This document shows, in pieces, positions 58,122 through 64,000 of a stretch of DNA of 64,000 nucleotides (positions are counted from its first letter, which is position 1; every line of letters begins with the position of its first letter). The DNA is taken from contig NC_088859.1 in NCBI RefSeq assembly GCF_963853765.1, forward strand, positions 45,756,001 to 45,820,000, read 5' to 3'. The translations under genes were made by a program, and so were the position numbers. The notes under the pieces were generated by a model that was not told where the DNA came from, did no database searches, and worked only from the letters and a program-made list of their open reading frames with translations. The DNA is from Magallana gigas. Lineage: Eukaryota.

Positions 58122-58712
58122 TTAATAGACAAGTTGGTGTATTAATGAAACAATTAAAGTTATGATCATCAGTTAATTTTGATAATTTAATCTTTTAATA
58201 CACTTTGATTTTCTGTAGTTTGGAAAGGTCTTTGACAAACCATCTCAGTCTTATATTGCATATCCGGTAATTTTGACGATGATCTAATTTTAGCATTTTT
58301 TGCGACTTTTTTAAAATTGCAAATGATTGAAGACGCAGAAATTATATCCTGTATCATTTTCTATAAGAAACTTTTTAAATTGCAAAAAATGACTGATGCA
58401 AATTAAAAATGTTACAGATTTTCCCCATTTTTGCAAATTTTTGTAACACGCGCAAAAAAACCCCCTAATATACGGTTGTTCTTTTTTAAATTAATATATG
58501 CAGTTAGATTTTTGGTACAGGTTATGTGGATAAAAATTAGCTGTCACCCTGACACTTGCTGTGTACTCCCAAGAGTGGGATACATATGAATCTCTTCTCA
58601 GGTGTAACTGTTACAGCTTTACTGATGTATTAAAAATTGTCAGTGACAAAAATGAATGACTGGGAAAGTATCAATATCAATGTCAATTTCATCTAGATTG
58701 GCTACTTAAGAA

Positions 58713-59070
58713 ATAAACAGCAATTTAAAAAGTTCATTGGGATATGAACTTGGTTGGTCACGTGATCAAATCCTGTAAAGCCCAAAGGGCCCAAAGGGTT
58801 TCTCAGAAGATTTGATCACATACCAACCAAGTTCATATCCCAGTGAACTTTTTAACATTGCTGTTTATTACTTATGTTTACGTTTGAGAATGGCAAACTG
58901 TTCAGAATCATTAATACAACAGTGCTTTTACATTTACAATATTGCAATTATCAAGCGATAAGCGCATGCGGTTATCATTGTGACGTCACGAAAACATTCA
59001 TACCAAATTGAACGTTTTCGTTAGCTATTCTATAGGTTCATATAAGGAAGCATATTTGCAAATGTAAATA
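58713..59070. mobile_element. Second long-palindrome element (palindrome 58713-58869 plus ~200-bp body)
   Basis: The ~60-bp arms ATAAACAGCAAT..GTGATCAAATC / GATTTGATCAC..ATTGCTGTTTAT surround a 36-bp loop containing two GCCCAAAGGG copies. The right boundary of the body is approximate. Confidence 0.65.
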
Positions 59071-60409
59071 TTTGTTAATGTGACCAAACTGTTCATAGTG
59101 TCAAAATACATTGTATTATTCATACCAGTAACATGCTGTAATAAAAATCAGAAATGTCAATATTTCATGAAGGCATGCATTACTTTCATATTTATCCTTT
59201 GTGTAATTTGCACTATGTGCAGCAAATGACCAGATGCAGATTTATTAAAAAGTCCACCTGCTCGTAATGCAGTATGCCTTGCACATTGGCCATCAAATGC
59301 TACTTTGTGTGCAGAGCTACACTTATACAGGTGTGCCGACTGCTGTGAGTGATTTGGAACAGGAAGTCTCTCCAAGTTAGGATCCTGAATGTAATGAATG
59401 AAGTGATACAGCTGCTGAGTAAAAACTCAGTACACAATCATTTCTGATTCCAGTGCCATTTACTGGTTCTTGAGTCGATCTTGATGCTTTAGTATTAATT
59501 CTTCAGAATCTGTATAAGCCAGGATCACGATAAAAGTCATCATACAACTGTAATGGGGTCAAATGCTATTCACAGACTTGTACTGTTCATCCACTGTTAT
59601 TTCTTCTCCATGTAAAATGTATCAATAGTATATGTATGTAAAGTTACAAGTTGCTTAAGGATTTCTTAAACAGTTGTGATATGTATGTTTTGTATACAGA
59701 ACATTCAGATGGATGATTGTTGGGAGGATATGCTGTGTGTAATTATTTTCTACTCTGTGACTATTGCCTGGCAGTACAATATTTTATATAATGCTGTATA
59801 ATCACATTGAAATTGCACAAGCTGTGGAATTGTAAAGACAAGCTTTCACCACAGGTGATTTTTAGCTCACCTGAACCATGTCAGGGGCCAGATTTCATTT
59901 TATCTGGTGAAATATTTTGGAGCAGAACAAATTCAAGTAACTCCGAATCTTATATATGTATATAGTGGCAGGGTGGTGCATTTTTGGTTTCATTACATAG
60001 TTAAACATTTTCTATATGAATATCCAGTTTCAAACCTTTTAGAGAAGGTCAAAGATTTAGATGCAGGTCTTATTACCAAGTATCTATAGACCAATGTATG
60101 ATCCAGAGCTGCAAAAATAATGTATCTTGGGATGCAGAATGCAACTAGTTTTAAGTTCCGGTATCTATGAGCCAGGTACTAAAACAACACTTGCATGAAT
60201 GATGCATCTTTTGATGCAAAATACAAGTCATGCTGCATGTTACCTATAGTCTGTTCCACAATATTTATGCAGCACATTTGGCCAATTTTTAATTAAAATA
60301 CACATAAACATGAGAGAAGTGCAATTGAATTGACGAAATGGAAAATTTCCAAGATATCTTCATGGACATATCATTTTTCACTCAGAAAAATTCACGGATT
60401 TATTACAGA

Positions 60410-60606
60410 GATTTATAATGGGGAATGTTTACATTTTTTCTCCATTCGGAAGTCATTTGGAATACCTCGCGCAATTTTTCAATCGTATCATCTGTGCAGC
60501 AATACAAAATCCCTGTAGATATCACCTTTTAAGTTGTGTATTGAAACATGATAAGCTGGAGGGGGTGTTTCAACTCAGAAATCTTGGAAATTTTTCATAC
60601 TTTTGA
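60410..60606. repeat. Diverged ~200-bp repeat, copy 2
   Basis: Homologous to 52395-52591, in the same orientation. Confidence 0.7.
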
Positions 60607-62497
60607 ATGAACATCGTTTAAATCCTGAGTTATATATAAATATCGAGTACCGGTAATTAAGCAAAATGTGAATCGAGGATATCTTGGGACATAGTATAGG
60701 GTATATTCTAAGTGAATGAGTAGGTAACAGGCTGATTCTCAAACATTATATTCATGCATGCTATCTTTAGACAAGAAAAGGTTATAAATGACATGATACC
60801 AGAAAGCACCAACAAGACCATGGAATATGATACAGTACTAATATACATGTACCAGTATTTGAAAAAAAGTTTGGTCAATGTACCGGCAATATGCTTCTCG
60901 AGACTGTGTGGGTACAGTTTGAAATAACAATATCATTGCTACTTGAGTCTTGTTGGTACAATGTCTGATGACAATATCTATTTATCTTTCAAGAGAAAAA
61001 AAGAAAGAGAGGTAGACAATTCATTAATAGATTTTTTTTTTTTACCAAAGACTCAATAAGGTAAGCTTTGTGACCTAAACGTGGTGTTTGATACTGAAGT
61101 GAAGTAATTTGATGTCAACATCTCTATCTTCACACTTTATAATACTTTTAACGTATCCTTTAGATACACTTGATATACAGTTAGAATCGTTATCAGAGTC
61201 TTTTTTATGTCCGTCGGTGGTTAAGACACGCTATTGCTGAGGGTCTTTGGAGTGTCCCCTTCCGATTTTACGTTGATTGCGGTCACTAGCTGGTGATGTA
61301 ACTCAGTACCCACTTCACTACTTCTGTAGTGTATTTTGCTATAATAAGCTTATGCTTTTGTTGCACTTCTGGCTGATGTTAAATGTGTTTTTGATTGATA
61401 CTCTATTCACACAAACAAAGTACTTCACCTGCATGTTCGTCAGAAGCTGTTATTAAGCAATATGGTGTCACTGTTATAAAATTTGTTTTTATATTTTTTT
61501 AAATTGTTGTTTATTCATTTTTTTCCCCCCATTTTAATTTGACGTAAACAAAGTACATGTACATGTATGCTTTGATGGTCAAATCCAAATATAAGGTGCA
61601 TGAAATTTATCTTTTGAAATTCAATATTAAATTGATATTTACATGTAGATGTTCTGTATAAATTTTAGATTACATGGAGTCTGTACTCTGCACATCATCT
61701 TCAGGTCTTTGTCTGTAAAATCAAGTACAATGCACTCATTCATTCATTAAATGCTTCATTAGTAATGTCTGCATTGTAAGTGTTTATTTCGTGTCTGCAG
61801 ACATAATGTCAGATTTTTATGTACATGAATTAGGTGACTAGGTCAATTAATTACTGCATGTTAATTAATGCAAACACAAAGATCATGCCAAATTAAAACA
61901 ATTTTAAAGGTTTTCTGGTGCTCATGTTGTATTTTAACCATGTTATATACATGTACACCATTGTCAATTTAACATCTTTGTTTCACATAAAAAGGGCTGC
62001 TTTTGCAACTGAGACATAGATACTGAGTGTATTTATTTATGCATATATAATACAATTCTACTCTAACACTGTTGATCCATGTCAGCATCACAAGGAGTGT
62101 AGGTGAACAGTGATTATGATTAAATGCATCCTTACTAGTAACTAATTAAACAGAAGTACCCTAAATTGCATCTTTCCAAGTCAAGGGTTTCTGATCCAAA
62201 CCTCTAGATCTTGCATTTTTATATGTGGGGAGCGGAGTGGACTTAAAACCTTTGGCTAGCAAAGATGCCCCAGTTGATAACAGATGTATTATTGAATGCA
62301 TGAATAGGTAAATCAGCTTAATGAATGTGGATCCAGTGAATGAATTACAATGTAGAACTTTATTATTATGGAGTCCTTTACAAAAAGTCGATGATTCACC
62401 ACCAATAGAAACATATGTAAAACTGATAGTCGGGAGAATGGTGAATGGATGAATTTCACAGGAACATGACGAATCTTGGTCTATGAATGGTGATGGA

Positions 62498-63293
62498 TAG
62501 CTGCAATAATGTAGCCCTCTCCCGATTTTTTTTTTTTTTTTTTTTTGGGAGAGGGCTACAACTCCATAGGATCTCCGTAATGGTGCAAGTGCGGGAGTGA
62601 TTCACTCCCGCAACGATTTCGTCTCAAATCGTATATAAATGACGATAACATCTGCATTTCTTACCTGAACTCAAATATTGTAGATGTCTATGGCATAAAT
62701 TAATCCAAAAATATCAGGTATAGTCCATATATCGGTTATTTTTCGTGTATGTCAACAACGCAAGTTGAATTTGTCCGCCATGTTTACTGACCTTGACCGG
62801 TTTTATTTTGAGACAGCCAATGAGAATTTAGGAGCGGATCTTGAACTGAATATAGGAATTCCCCGATTTTAAACATAATTAACGCGGTAAATATGAATTT
62901 TTCATTACATACCAGTTCCTTAAATGATGTTTTAGTGATAGAACGAGGTTAGATAAATTATTTATAGTGACATTCACGTTATCAAGCCCATCAAAACTCC
63001 AAGCGTAAATCCCATAATATCACGCGAGAACTGTCATGGCTGCTGAAAAAGACGACTGGTAAACATGCTGATGTGTTTTATCTGTTTTTGATTTATATGC
63101 GGTTAGTTTGTTCAACCTGAATTAAAAAATCATTTTATCTAAAGGAAGTCAATTATAAAATCGATCTTTTCAGACCGAAGTCAGTCGCATTAAAAATTTA
63201 ATTTTGCACCATTACGGAGATCCTATGGAATTGTAGCCCTCTCCAGTAAACATCAGATATAAAAAATCGGAGAGGGCTACATTATTGCAGCTA
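62498..63293. mobile_element. AcademH-type non-autonomous DNA transposon (796 bp)
   Basis: A 9-bp TSD GGTGATGGA lies at 62489-62497 and 63294-63302. The termini are TAG..CTA, with outer TIR TAGCTGCAATAATGTAGCCCTCTCC and an inner ~41-bp inverted block (62549-62589 / 63203-63243). Confidence 0.88.
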
Positions 63294-64000
63294 GGTGATG
63301 GAGGACCTAAAATAAATAACAGTTTACTGTGATCGACTGCTGAAAACAAGTGTTATTAAACTTGGATAAACTCTGTAATTATTGAATGTGGTATATACAC
63401 CCAAAATTAAGGGAAATTTGTATCGAAGTTGAGTCATACAAAAGTGTTTTTAAAATGTCAACTCAAATTGTGTATATACATTGTGTATATGCGCAGTTCT
63501 TAATTTCAACCAAGTAAGAAAGATATGCATAGTATTGCAGCTACAAAAGCATCGATAAGTGTCATGGGGGATTAATTGGTAGTTTGATATTTTGCCGGGA
63601 ATTTTTTTTTTTTATCACTGATGCTCTAATTTTCATTATATCAGGAAATATAAGATGATGCACCCTACCAAGAGATTCCTGATTAATAATTCCTTGACAG
63701 TATTCACAGCAATAAACATTTATCTACAAAGTGAATGTTAACTCATGTAAAGAAACCCAGAGGGTGACATAAATAATAAATATTGACTGCTGCATTGAGT
63801 GGATTATATCTCAGGGCTATTGATCGCATGCATGGATGAGTTCTCCTCTGTTTTAGCACTAGCTACCTTGTATAAATGTGTGTCAGTTTATAGCACTCTG
63901 CAAATGATTAATGATTATTTACAAATGTTTGAAATATGCACTGTTTGATACAAACTTGATTTCCTGACTCTAATCAACTGAAAAAAAATATGCAGATGCA

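Noticed and set aside
59861-60130. Helentron end TTTTAGCTCACCTGA (similar remnants at ~29990-30255 and ~41120-41240)
   Set aside because: Too decayed to define both boundaries.
54900-62400. Further DLG5-like exons
   Set aside because: Candidate acceptors near 54973, 55029 and 55070 give early stops in the required phase, and no convincing coiled-coil or PDZ exon was found.

Overview
AT-rich eukaryotic (animal) genomic DNA, most likely a bivalve such as an oyster. That call rests on a ~166-bp Cg170-like satellite inside a Helentron and on the transposon repertoire; I could not confirm it by search. Six intron-containing host genes can be read with phase-consistent GT-AG exon chains: XPO6 (-, 3' end runs off the window start), TOMM22 (+), GNPTG (-), TSR3 (+), GGCX (-) and the start of a CARD-domain gene resembling DLG5 (+). 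They form three head-to-head pairs; the GNPTG/TSR3 start codons are only 106 bp apart, the same arrangement as in human. Two large retroelements sit in introns. One is an apparently intact 5.3-kb DIRS1-type tyrosine-recombinase retrotransposon (gag, RT/RNaseH/methylase, YR; 138-bp ITRs plus ICR) in a GGCX intron. The other is a disabled Tx1/L1-clade LINE inside a satellite-bearing Helentron in an XPO6 intron, itself interrupted by a MITE. Many non-autonomous DNA elements have recognisable termini (Tc1/mariner, Kolobok, AcademH, Harbinger-like, Helentron, long-palindrome elements). A 360-bp TRIM-like element has tRNA-derived terminal repeats. No prokaryotic systems or CRISPR arrays are present. 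All coordinates were read by eye and may be off by a few bases.
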